A DNA stretch of 58,142 bases, counting the filler, from Sphacelaria rigidula (Eukaryota), in NCBI GenBank assembly GCA_964200075.2. It is 8 parts of 8 records of this genome, joined end to end, with 100 filler letters (N's around TTAATTAATTAA, not from the genome) between each part and the next. Parts side by side here need not be neighbours in the genome. Positions count along the whole stretch, not along the records: positions 29,123 to 36,302 come from CAXNAA020016107.1; positions 36,403 to 43,582 come from CAXNAA020016108.1; positions 43,683 to 50,862 come from CAXNAA020016109.1; 5 more parts are not named here. One strand, written 5' to 3'. Within the stretch, counting starts at the first letter, position 1. Each line of letters opens with the position of its first letter. Below, piece after piece: positions 32,901 to 45,100 of this stretch. The notes under the pieces were generated by a model. It worked only from the letters and a program-made list of their open reading frames with translations, did no database searches and was not told where the DNA came from. Position numbers and translations under genes: made by a program.

Positions 32901-33993
32901 GGAGAAAAAAAGTACAGTACTTGGAGTGTTCCAATTATGCACGGTTCGGACGAATCATCGCCGGTTCGAATCACCACATCCACGATTTCTTGGACCTGAC
33001 TGCTCGAAAGAGAGACAAAGAGTCGACCACTAGTCGAACAGGTCTCCACGCAACTTTTGTGCTTTTCCACGTCGCTGGGCTGCGCGTACTTGGGTTACAA
33101 CGCTGAAAACAAAGCCTGAGGATTGATTCGTACAGTACGAATCAATTACACTCAAATCAAGTCATTTCCGGACGAATGATTAATTCGTCCGGCCCTTGCA
33201 TTTATGTGAATTCTACGTCTCTTCGCTGTGTGCTGTGTATCTCTGTGACCCTTGCGGAGGTTGGGGGTGGTGAGATTTGAGATTTGGGTGTACCAGGGGG
33301 TGATTTCGACCGAATTTAGGCCACGAGATACTTGGAAATAACTTTGATGCATATCTGGGTCGCACCAAATAACCAAGTGTTTCAGACACAAGTGCATTTT
33401 CCCGAAGCCGTGTATCCCCTCCTTCAACACAAACAATAAGTGCAAAAAGTAATGAAAAAAAAGAAGAAAAATCCTGTAACCCCACAAGCAATCGATCAAT
33501 CACTTCAACGACGAACAATAAATAATAACAGGCAGAAATGTTCCGGCGACAAGTGGCGAAGGCCGAGGAGCGCGCGATGATCGCCGAGCGCGATCTCCGT
33601 CTCGCCCACGAAGCCCTTCGCGTGCAGGCCGACCTCGCCCGCGCGTCGGCGGACTCCCTCGCCGCCGCCGCCAACCGAACCCTGTCCCCCGGGGCAAGCG
33701 CGCGATTCCCGGTCTCCAATCATGCCCTTCCGCTCGCAGCCTCGCCCGTGTTGCGAGCGCCGCCACCCGCCCACTGGGGGTCGGGACCCTCGCCGTCTGG
33801 CGGGGAGGGAGGGGCAGTCGGAGAGGCTGGGGGAAAGCGGGGTTCAGGGGACGGAGTAGGGAGTGGGGTAGGCGGGCTAACGGGGGCCGCCTTTTCTGGA
33901 CGTATACAAGAGATGGGCGTGAAGTTTGCCTTGGATACGCTGAAGTATTCGGAGGATGAGGAGGTGGTGGTGTTTATGTTGCATCTTGTTCAG
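29980..33993 (+). CDS. Hypothetical coiled-coil protein, internal exons only
   Basis: Exons 29980-30088, 31689-31781, 32422-32517 and 33532-33993 join in frame via GT-AG (...[92 protein letters not shown]...). No family recognised. Confidence 0.7.
30848..31291. mobile_element. hAT-like MITE in an intron
   Basis: TIRs TAGTGTTGGATATCG / CGATATTCAACACTA. Degenerate 8-bp TSD GTCTGCAA / GTCTTCAG. Internal 11-N gap. Confidence 0.7.
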
Positions 33994-34963
33994 GTGAGCT
34001 AGAATTTCTTGGGGTGCGAGGGGATGAGGGAGGGGAGGGAGAGGGGCACTCGACTGGGACTAGACCGACCTTTTTCAACTCGACTTGAGGTTATGTTGTG
34101 AGCTTTGGATCCGCCCATGATTTTTTGGCCGTAGAAGGATCTGTCCCATGTCCTATAAGCGGGGTTGTGTTGGTGTCCATCGTTGCTGATTGTGATGGTT
34201 TGGTTGATCAAGTTTTGCGAAGTTCTACCAGTCGTACTGTAGGCGGAAAGTCATATGCACGCACTGGTCTGGACTGATCGGGAGGCACTAGTAACCCCTT
34301 CCTGTGCATCCAAGGTATATTGTTTTTGTACAGTTTACTCCCAATGATTCGTCTTCCTTTCCTTGTTTTCAACTTCGTCGAGTTTCCTCTCGCCGGTGTG
34401 TCCGTTGTGTCTCGTACCTTGGACACGTCCATCCTGTGACTACGTCTGGATCGCTGGGGCATGAGTTGAAACGGTTTTGAACCCTGTCCTTCCCAGGGTA
34501 CTGTAGGAGATGTGGGGAATCAGAAGTGTTCATGATGACGATGCACAGATCGTCTAGCCTAGCAATCACAGAGTTGAGGCGACGACCAATCAATCAATCA
34601 ATTGATCAGGTTTTCTCCGTGCAGCAGGTGAGAGTCCAACCCCGAGTCGCAGCAAGTGGGATCCGAGTCGTGCAGGCGCAGATTGCAAGTGAACGTCACA
34701 TCATCATCACTGTTGTTGAAGCTCCGAAGAACATGCACAGACAGTAGCAAATCAATCTACTTCCTTCGCTGTACTGTGCTCTGTTCTGTTGTTATACCGT
34801 GCCGTAAAATTATGCAATTTCATTGCTATGTCGTACTCCACTGTCTCCTATGAGCACTTCCCTTCCTTACAGGGGTGAGGGTTAAAATTACAAAGTGGTG
34901 TGGGAGAGGTTTGGTAGATTCATGGTGAGTCAGTTTATCCCCTTCCAACCACCCGGGGGTTGA

Positions 34964-35485
34964 GAGAGGGAATCGGGATGAAAACATATCTGCATGGCCC
35001 TATGGACGCGGCGAAAAAATGAAACTGCGATGTCGGGTGGGGGACCTGGACCTGCCAAAAACAAGAAAGAGATACCAGTAGTCGTGCGGAAGAGGAAGCA
35101 GATGCACACAACTGCCTCTGTGGCGAAGCAATAGAAAGCAGAAGTCATATAGTTGCAGAATGTGAACTATACAAGGAGGAACGGGACGTGCTAAAGGGGG
35201 AAATGCGGGGCGTGAACGAAGGTGGTACGAAATCATTTGATGCATTATGAGAATAGGGAGAAAACGGTGGCTATACTAGGAAATAGATGGTGGCCAGAAA
35301 CGGCCAAACAGGACAGGGAGAAGATATGCACAAGTTTTTGTGCAATGTATGAAAGAAACGTAATGAGCTCCGGAATGTTGGAGGTGTCTTTATTAGAAGT
35401 AGAAACGGTGCTTGGTCTCGAAAGGGGTGCGTAGTCAATGGTCAACCGACTATTACAAGGCAGGTAACAAATGAGTACGCCCCCC
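34964..35485 (+). mobile_element. 5'-truncated LINE 3' end with CCHC knuckle and oligo(C) terminus (C-tailed family 1)
   Basis: Encodes ...DAHNCLCGEAIESRSHIVAECELYKEER and AILGNRWWPETAKQ, and ends ATGAGTACGCCCCCC. Flanked by imperfect direct repeats CCCCTTCCAACC..GG.GGTTGA (34939-34963 and 35486-35509). Confidence 0.75.
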
Positions 35486-36569
35486 CCCCTTCCAACCGAC
35501 GGAGGTTGAATGCAGGAGTAGCGGAGTGCTTTCGTTTGGGCGCCCAATGGCGACACGACAATTAATTTTAGATATACTGGCACCGGTGTAAAACGTGTCG
35601 AGTCTTGGCGATATACAGTACAGGGTTCATATTTACTTCGTGATGAGCTTCAAGTCCTGGGCACTGCTGTACCGCCGTTCACGTTTTGTACGGATTTTGT
35701 TTTTTGTTTTCGGAAGTCACGACATCCCGACAGTTGCGGATTCTCAGTGGGGAAGAGAACGGAAGGGAGATATTGTGGATGAGATAAGACACGTCGAGCT
35801 GTTGATTATTCGCTGTACGTGCAAGAAATAGAGGATGAAAAAAAATACACACAGATATGTAAATGTGTGTACGGGATGTTATCGTTAACGACGAAAACTG
35901 TTGAGGAGTATTCGCCGTTGATTCTCTTTTGTGTTCTTTGATTCATGTGTGATATTGTCGGAGAGAGGCTTAAAAGAAATGGCCTTCGTGGTCAACAGAC
36001 ACCCTGGCAGTGCCATGAGTGGTTGCTCTTGTCGCTGGGGGAGACAAACTAGGTTGACACGAAACAAGCGTTCTTTAAGCTTGTTGGCAAACGTTGCGGC
36101 CGGTACCACTTGTTTCTTGTTGTCGTCGCCGCCATCGCCATCGCCATCGTCATCGTCGTGTTTGATCTTCATGTTCCTTGTGTTAATTTTTTTAACAAAC
36201 TAAAACTCCACCCCCGCCCCCCCCCCGTCTCGGAAGGGACGCGTGGTCTATGGTCGACCGATTAAGCCGAGCGAAAAATGAGTACGCCCCCCGGCCCACG
36301 GGNNNNNNNNNNNNNNNNNNNNNNNNNNNNNNNNNNNNNNNNNNNNTTAATTAATTAANNNNNNNNNNNNNNNNNNNNNNNNNNNNNNNNNNNNNNNNNN
36401 NNGAGATTATTCGGCCCGAAGCCTACTGCTTATCTTGCATTTGGATGACAGCTAACAATGAGTTGCTTTATTCTGTGGTATCGCCACTTCCTGAGACAGC
36501 CACGGCTTTTTACACTGCCTCATGGGTGTCTAACCAGCTTGTTTGGGGGGCGGGGCTATCGTAGAAAGT

Positions 36570-37600
36570 GTCACAGCCAAAAGAAGAAACAAGACCCTCG
36601 AGGCGTTTTTTCCGTAACGGAAAATCAACAATACTTCCTAGCTTGGAGACAGCAGTTCGATGCTGCTTATTCCCCTGGAACTCGTCGCAAAAGTGCTACG
36701 TCCTGCGATTCCGACCTCACCCGACAGCTGGCGGCAGGCTATCGGTGGTAACTCCACCTCTACGATCGGGAGCAGATCCTGCCCGCTCCCCGCTCCCAGC
36801 ATCATCAAGATGCGATGTCTGATCTTCACCGACGAACCCCACTATTCGTCCGCCTGTGCTTTCCTGAGCAGCCTCGATGCGTGACAGCCTTTCTACCAAG
36901 GCCCTTGTCTGTGCCTCGAGCAGCGCCTTAAGTTTTTGGACTGCATTGTCTTAACTGCCATTTCTAACAACGATCCAACTTCGAACTCTCACGCTGACGT
37001 ATTCGAATGATCGAGTTGATCAGATGACCGTATAACAGCACCAGCCCCGAGCTGTGTGCTCTGACAGATCACTGCCCTCTTGCAAGAAGCTATCGCGTAC
37101 TATGACCTCAGCGAACAGTATGTTTGTGTTCAGCTCCAAATTCATCTTTGCAACCGAGGCTATCGATAGATGCTACCCCAAACTCTATACCGTTGTACGA
37201 TGTCCAGCCAGGGTCAAATACTCCAACACGCTGAAAATACAGAAGACGGAGAGTGGACGCTTACAAATCCTGTTTATCTTTTGTATCCCGCAACATATAT
37301 CAGTATATACCCCGTCATCTACGAAGCAATATACTCTGGTCGTGTCCCTTGTCCGACGTGTGAAGTGGTCACCGTTTTGCCCGCGACCTTCGGTTGGCTG
37401 TCCCCGTCGCTCGGCTTCCATTACACACGGACCCTTCGACTTCGGTGTGGAAAGCCTTGAATAAGGAGCAATATCTATATATTCCAGATGCGTCAAGACA
37501 ATACTGTTCTCGGCCTTCATCCGCAAAGTAAAAGGTACAGCGATCAATGCACGAACCACTCTAATACACATGTGCTCAAAGGATTGATGTCTGGTGCCCG
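36570..37600 (-). mobile_element. Decayed Copia-like LTR retrotransposon fragment
   Basis: About 37560-37450 resembles a degenerate RNase H end (…IDRCTFYF/LRMKAENSIVLTHLEYIDIA…), followed by a non-coding LTR-like stretch and a gag-like start (SKLGSIVDFPLRKKRLEG). Motif quality is poor. Confidence 0.4.
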
Positions 37601-37639
37601 TGTACTTATTTGCCCTGCATACTTGTTGGCGTTGTTGAG

Positions 37640-40600
37640 GTGGTGGGATGGGATACGGTGAACAATACCTACGACTCGGACTCGAGCGACGGACGAAGCC
37701 ATATCACCGCGATCACGCAAGTCACCAACGAACTCTCATGCGACCAGGACGGAGCACGTATGGTGAGTTGAATACCACTGTCACGACATGGATGAAGCAC
37801 GCACCAGGGCGAGTTAGGTACTACTTTTGCCGTCAAGCCGCCGCGTCGTATGATCTACTATTTTCGTTCACGATAGTATATAAATGAACGCCTTCATGTT
37901 CTCATTTTGTGCCGAATCAGGATGCATGTTTCCTGTAGGCCAGAATGGATGTGGACCGGGCGTCCGTGCCAAACGAAGCCCCATACGGTACACTTTCAAC
38001 CGCTGACGCGATATATCGAAATTTCTCCCTATTCTTCTTTTGTCCTTCTTTCCGAAGGATGTCGTCAATTCTGAGATGGCTTATCTGGGCTTCTGCGGCA
38101 ACGATACGCAAGGCCTCTCCTGGAAGGTGATTTAGATATACACATTAATCAACCGAGCATCTAGCTATCGCTCGTGGTAAGTTCCGCCTAAGGAGTTTCG
38201 GCATCCCACCTGACTTCGCACGTCAGATCACGAAAATTAGTTGTCGTTCTACTCGGCCTGCCTGTCTGTCTCGTTCTGTGGTCGAACGTTACTCTTGCTT
38301 CGTTCTGGTGGTTTCGGCGTAGTGGCGCACAAGCATGGACGTGACAGGTGCTTTTCTCAGGTGATCATGTCCCAATCTCAACTCCTATGTTGATCGCCGT
38401 GTCTTCGGTACGACAAAGAGTTTCATGATTTGATTCATGTGGTCCATGGGGATTAACTGAGGTCAATCACCCCTCTGCAGGTCGACGGTTTATGCGCAAG
38501 AGTTTACGGCAATATTTACGATTCGGAGCTACATCATACGTATATCGCCGTCTACATGAACGGCCAACAGCAGGGTGACATCCGCCGCAACGAGCTATAC
38601 TCCAACGAGTGGGCAGGCAAGGCGGTATTGGCTTTTTATCCGTTCATCGTCGTCTACATTTTATGTTTTGAGGTTTGAGGTTTGCGTTGTTGGTGTAATG
38701 TTCGTCTTGTTTCTTTCTTCACCTCCAGATTTGTTTGGATACGTGTGTCCACCACGTAACGGGCCACATACTGTATGGCAGAGATGGATGACACGTTCAC
38801 TTTTGGTAATGGTGCGTTTCTTTCCGAAGGATCGTCCTAAACACCTACAAATATCAACAACCGTGAGTGATTGATTGGCCACGGCACAAGTAGAGTTTAC
38901 GATAGCGGCTGACCTATGTTACCGCCTAGTCAAGGCGACCAAACACCATACAGCAGTACATAAAACATGCCATGGCTAGTCTCCAAATCGTGACGTCTTC
39001 TTTTTTATCGGCTCGACCAGAACTGATCTAACTATCTGCCGTCCGTCTTGGCCTTATATATTGATGGCTGTTGTTTGCTGTATGTTCAGTTGACTTGGCT
39101 TTACTTTTCCCCTGTTTTGGCTGAACGGATGTCGATTGAATTACCTTCGTTGTCTTGAGCAGGGATCTGGGCGATAGACAACTCAAATTCTTTGACAATT
39201 CACAACAACAGTTTCACCACTCCCGGCGGCGGATTGCAACTTTCCGGCATTTACAGCGAGGGGTCTAGCAACATTTCTATACAGGTGAATTTACTTGCTC
39301 TTCTTGACCAAGGTGTGTCTTCCGCTGCCTGGCAAGCACTGGTACTTTCGAGTATGTACGTTACTGCTACATTGCCATTTTTGAGTCGGACAGCGTGACT
39401 CTCTTGCCTCAGTTACCTAGCTCGATTTTGGGTTTTGCTTCTATGTTGGTGTGGGAGGCATTGGATAGCTTCTTGAATGAAATGCAAAAGGTATCAGAGG
39501 GATAGTTTCCATCATCCTCACATATTGTGCTCGATAATACGGCACGACCGCTGCTGCGATTCGTGAGACGACACGACGTGGCATATGACATACTGCCCGC
39601 CCACATGAATGTGTGGGAAGCTCGATACTGTGATGATAGCGTTTGTTCCGGCGGATCCATACCTTGATGCGCTGCGCGTTACTGTGTCGTGAATATTTAC
39701 CAGAACAACGATATCTTCGGCGGGGGAATACTCTACTACGCCATCCACTTGACCGACGGCAGCGACTACGCCGTCGTCAAAGGTAAGTGCGCCCTGATTT
39801 CTCTATGAATAATGACTTGCAGTGACGCTTTTCATCGCGAAACCAACACGAAGTGATGCGCAAAAGTATCTTTTATTGCGGTGGCATTATGTGTTCTTAG
39901 CGGCGGTAGTTTTAGTTCCTGCACGCTGGTCTAGATCCACCTGTACCTTTTGTCCTGAATGGCAACCTGGCTGACGAGTCGACTCTGTCTCCACACCCAT
40001 ATATTTTGAGTTGGAAATCATGCTCAGCGGGAGAGCAAGTGCGAGCGTCCTCTGTATTCTCTCGTGAGTTGACCGGACGCGAATGCGAGATTTCTTCCCA
40101 TTCGTTGCACGTTGTGGAGCCGATGATTTGACGTTTTACCTTTGACTGACAAAACGTGATTACTGCGGGCGGTGCACGTCATTTTCGGTCGCAGGCAACT
40201 ACGTTTACAACGCTCGCTCTACAGGAATTCGCATGGAGGGAAATTCAAACGCCACGATCTCCAACAACGTGGTGGGACTCACTCCTTCGGGCATCTCCTT
40301 GTTTGGCTGCGACGACAATATTGTGTATAACAACACCATTTCACGCACAACCAAGTGAGTGAAGTGTAGTCGTGCTGGGTGTGCATGACACTTGAAGTGA
40401 GTTATTTTCAGCTGGCAAGAATGGTGTTTCTCCGAAAAGGAATCTGAGCTAGGCGGGAATTGCAAGAGTCGACGCGGTTGAAACAAAACGGCAGGTGGGG
40501 ATGATGACAATGGAAGGAAATGGAGGTAAGGCAGGAACGATGGTTTATGATTGACCAACAAACAGGCAACCGTTTCGACGAAATACAAATGACACGTCAT

Positions 40601-40962
40601 GTCTGATGTATCGTTTTTGCATCACCAAACGATACCAAATACAACACCTGCGTTCGTCACCGCCGTTGCGCCTTTCCACCCGTCCTCCGTCGACTAGCCC
40701 GGCCATCCAAGTATACATGTTGGATGCTGCCCGCCCACAGCGCAATGTGTTCGACTCCAACACCATCAGCGGGACAGAGAAAGCCTTCAGAATATACGAT
40801 GCGGACGGCTTCAACATCACCAACAACAAGTTCACCGACTCTAAGACGGGGCAGGTTGACCGTAGCACCGGCGTCGTGATGACGGACAACGTTGGACTCC
40901 ACGACATCACCATCACGTTGGACGAGGGTGCAGAACTTTTCATGAATAACCCTGAATTCTGA
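37640..40962 (+). CDS. Divergent mannuronan C5-epimerase-like right-handed beta-helix protein, partial (5' exons missing)
   Basis: Exons 37640-37762 (VVGWD...DGRSHITAI...ARM), 38058-38126 (DVVNSEMAYLGF...GLSWK), 38481-38616 (VYGNIYDSELHH...GQQQGDIRRN), 39163-39284 (GIWAIDNSNSLTIHNN...NISIQ), 39704-39782 (NNDIFGGG...AVVKG), 40195-40354 and 40698-40962 (stop). All join in frame. Motif order follows brown algal MC5E as I recall it. Confidence 0.85.
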
Positions 40963-42011
40963 GTAGCCAAAACGCACGACACACCCTCGAAGATAATTGG
41001 AGTGGGGTTGTGCTATAGTGCGTGCGGACGCACAAGTAAATAAACACAACAGCGTGAGGACTGTTGAGGCTGCAACCTGTTGGGGGTATCTTGAGTAATG
41101 CTAGATGGACTGTGGGAAGGTTGTTCCGCGACGCGGGGCCTTGTCTCAGTTCGGCAAAACAAAGGAATAGTTCGGGTCTTTGTTATGAAGGGCGGATACT
41201 TTATCCGGATGTGAAATAAATTCAGGGTGAAAAGGCTTATCGGCCGAAACGGACTCAAAGGAACGGAATAGGATTCCCTTGTTACGGTGTCGATCTGCTG
41301 GAGTATTTCAAGCGCTTGTGTACTCGTGCTCTGTTTTTCGAGGAGGTTCACAGGCCACAACCATCGTACACCGGGAGGCATAATTCTTGTTACGTGTAAA
41401 GCAGACAATAATATCGTCCGGCAAGCTACAGAAGTGAGTCTTTCTACGATATCCCCTTCCACCAAAATGGGGATGAGGAAGTATGACAGGTTATAATAGT
41501 GAGAAGAGACGCCCACGCGAGATCGATATCGAGTAAAAGTACGGCATGATGGGAGGAGTACACGAAAGCTCGGAGGGAAGTAAGACATATATGGTGCAGC
41601 AGAAAAAGAAGAGAGTAGGGGGAGATTTCGTGAAAAAAGACTAAATATTTCGATGGCGGGATAAAACAAATGTGGATCGGGATGGAGGGATAACGGGAAA
41701 CCAGGCAGGAAAGGTGGACAAGGGAAAAGCTACACTCCGGGCACAGAACGATAAAATGGTCAGCAGTTTGAAGGGGAAGAGAGAAGTGCTGGTTGAACAC
41801 GACCGTTTCAATTTTCAAATTGGTTGTTGTCTCAGGCCATTCCAGATTCGGCATTGGTTTTCTGTGACAGAAAAACAAGCAGAACGTTTCAAGAACCGCT
41901 CGAAATGTGCCCCATTATCTGGAGTACAGGGCAGTACACTGCACACAACACAGCCCTGCAGTGTTTGCAGTGTCACTTTTGTGAACCTGAACGCCTACAG
42001 TATTTTGCTTT

Positions 42012-42116
42012 TCAGAACCTACTGTACACACAGATACCGCACAGCACAGCAAACAGCAGACAACTCGTAGAACCTACTGTACATACAGGTACCGCACAGC
42101 AGACAGCAGACAAATT
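42012..42116. repeat. Two-copy tandem repeat of about 57 bp
   Basis: AGAACCTACTGTACA.ACAG.TACCGCACAGCA..CAGCAGACAA occurs twice. Confidence 0.7.
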
Positions 42117-45100
42117 GTAGTACAACGATGATGTATCATCCAATCCCACAAGGGAGCTACCGTACCGCTGATTATTCGATCTCGCAACAGGCAAGGCAGA
42201 GCAGCAAGCATGGAGATAACTCTAGGTGAAATAAATTGGCCCCGCATTTCAAAACCGATTTCTGCCAAAATCGAGCCCATCCGGATTGAGGGGAAGAACT
42301 ATCGCATGGGACATGTCCTGTATCACTGTGCCGAAGCACAAACACACTCATGCGCTGTCTCTTGCACTGTAGCTGTCGCTGCGCTGTGGTGTCTCCATGT
42401 CGTGTCGAAGACGGCTTGCTCTCCGCCGGGACTGACTGCATGACTTGCTTTACTCCTGTCACGGCGTTCGCTTCGAAAAATAATGATGTCGGCACGCAGC
42501 GGTCTCTAGTCACTCCAGTCAAACCAACAAGGCGCTTCCCACACCCATCATTTCTTCGTTGTAATTGTCGCTGTGATGTTGTGCATCTACACACTCTACG
42601 ACGATCGCAGTGTGATGTTTGCTGAAGCGTGCGTGAACAGTTGTAGGGCTGCATGCTGTGTTTCGGCCTGCACAGAAGTGGGGTGACATCAAAGTGCTGT
42701 ACACAGAGTTGAAACGAGCACATGACGACTGTGCAGCTGTCAATAAAAAATGCGAAGATATCTCATTTCACTTTGAGTGACCCCTATCTGTAGGAGGTTA
42801 GCCAGAAATACACGCGTCACCTAAAAATAATGACCTGGCTCATATGAAATGTACTAAATAAACATGGTACATATCTTCAAGCCTGTGAATGCTCGGTGTT
42901 GAGATGATATTGTTCCTTCGGATTACTCGCTCCAGATCAGTGGGTGGAAATTCTTCGTGCACTAGTGTTCAGCTGCTGTACTACTCGGGAAGCGAACCCC
43001 CCCGGACAGCCACCCCACATTTACCACCATTGCGAAGATAAAAATACAAGAACACGAACAGCAGCAGTTGTGGCCGCCACATACCAAGGCATCTGCAGTG
43101 AAAGGCGTACTTGACATCGTGCTAGAACGAGAGTACGAAAATTTGGATACCAGGACCAGCAGCGTCGAGAATGCCTTGGGTTCTGTCTCGAAAACGTCTG
43201 TCACAAGACGGCCGTGTTTCATCGGTGAACTCGTCCTATACAAGCCAAGGGGTGCACTGAAGGGGCATTCGCTCATGATACGTGAGAATGCCCTTTGTAC
43301 ACATCCCTACAGAACAGAGCAGCACATGGCGGATTCCACAAAAGCAGAGGACGTGTCATTGGTTCCAAAATATAGCATTTGGTCGAAGATGCGAGTTTGT
43401 GTACATCGCATGATCTAGTATCCTTTCGAGTATGTACAGCGGCAGTCAGCTGAAACATCGTGGCTCTACTGACATGGTGCACAAAACCACACACAACCGT
43501 AGTTTCGTGAGATTGAGAGTCTACGACACGATTGAGAGTAGACTTTTCATTCGATTCAGCGGCCGGTTATGCCTGCATCACTNNNNNNNNNNNNNNNNNN
43601 NNNNNNNNNNNNNNNNNNNNNNNNNNTTAATTAATTAANNNNNNNNNNNNNNNNNNNNNNNNNNNNNNNNNNNNNNNNNNNNATGATACACATGTATCAT
43701 ACCGTCCTCCGCTGCCTTGAACACCCACGTATCCATCTTCAACCAATTCGTATTCTCGCCCGTGTTCAGAGTCCAAGGCCAATCATATGTCATCATACTC
43801 ATCGACACAGACGATCGTCCGCCACAGCCGCTCCTCCTCCTGGAGTTGAGTACGTGCCCACTCGACGATGTGATATACGAAGGCAGCCCTCTGTGCTGCA
43901 GCCTGGAGGATATCTTGAGGTACGGTATGCGCTGCAACACGCTTTGACTACACTCCACCGTGAATCCACATGTTATCGCTAATATTTACGGAACTACCGT
44001 GTCTCAGCATACATTTGTCCTTGCAAACCAAGCCCGGTTGGGTAAGGCTATGCGGTACGTGCGAGAGGCCTAATTCCCAACAATCAGATTGAACAGCACG
44101 ACACGTACGCACCCCCTCTTCAAGACACACGGCAAGTGCTGTGCGTTGTAATACTGGATACTAGTCGTTTGTTTTAGTCACACACGATTTTACGACGCGC
44201 CCCAGTGTTGCAGCTGGTATCGCTACGGCCAGTTTGGACGGATTTCGTAGCTTCCAATCCCGGCAGATATGGCCGTTGCACGCACAATCTGGAGTCCGTC
44301 GTTGAACGCACGAGGAGGACGTGTGTGGCAAAACGGAGTCTGAGAAGGAGGAGTAAGGGCTGCAGGGGATCTCATGCGATTTACGATAATCGATTGTCAC
44401 GCATGTGAGGGGAAAGATAGGTCACCCTTTTGAGCCTACGGATTGGTCACGGGTTAAGGGTGAAGGAGGGGGGGCGTGGAAAGCATGTATGTGAACGGCG
44501 TACATATTGTTGGAAATATATATGGCTATCGTGGCTTGTGTACAAAATTCACAGTGTTCAACTGTCAACGTGACAGGAACACTTGGTTCAACTGGTGAAC
44601 CCAGCCCTGACAAGAGAGCTCGCAGAGGCTGCACAGTGTTGGTTAAACACTTACTTGTGCTATAGAAGAAACATGTTTCAAACTTGGGTCTTGACTTGGC
44701 CGAACTCAAATCAAACAAAATCAGTCTCTACTCTACAGAAAACTGATGACAAGCTGGAAGGCTTACTTGAGGTGGGTCGCTTTGAAGAATGAAAGCGTAG
44801 GGCTACGTTAATTTCTCGACAATATTCTTGGGTACAAAAAACTATTTATCCAAAGTGTTGACACTTTAGACACTTCGTACTTGATTATTTACTGTTCTCA
44901 CAACGTGCTGACTTTCTGCATACGAGCTATACAGTACAAGCGCTATTCATTGTTCTAGGATGATTCCTTCACCTCTTCGGTTGCTACTACGTGCTTTGTT
45001 CTAACGATGAACCGTAAGTGGTTGTACCGCTAATCTAGAGTACGTATACTCGTACCTGCTATTTCTTAAATTCCAACGAGCCCTTTGGAATGACGTTTCG

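Noticed and set aside
43683-44150. Endogenous giant-virus segment or coding fragment
   Set aside because: No viral hallmark motifs or dense intronless ORFs here or elsewhere in the window; the open frames are short and unassignable.
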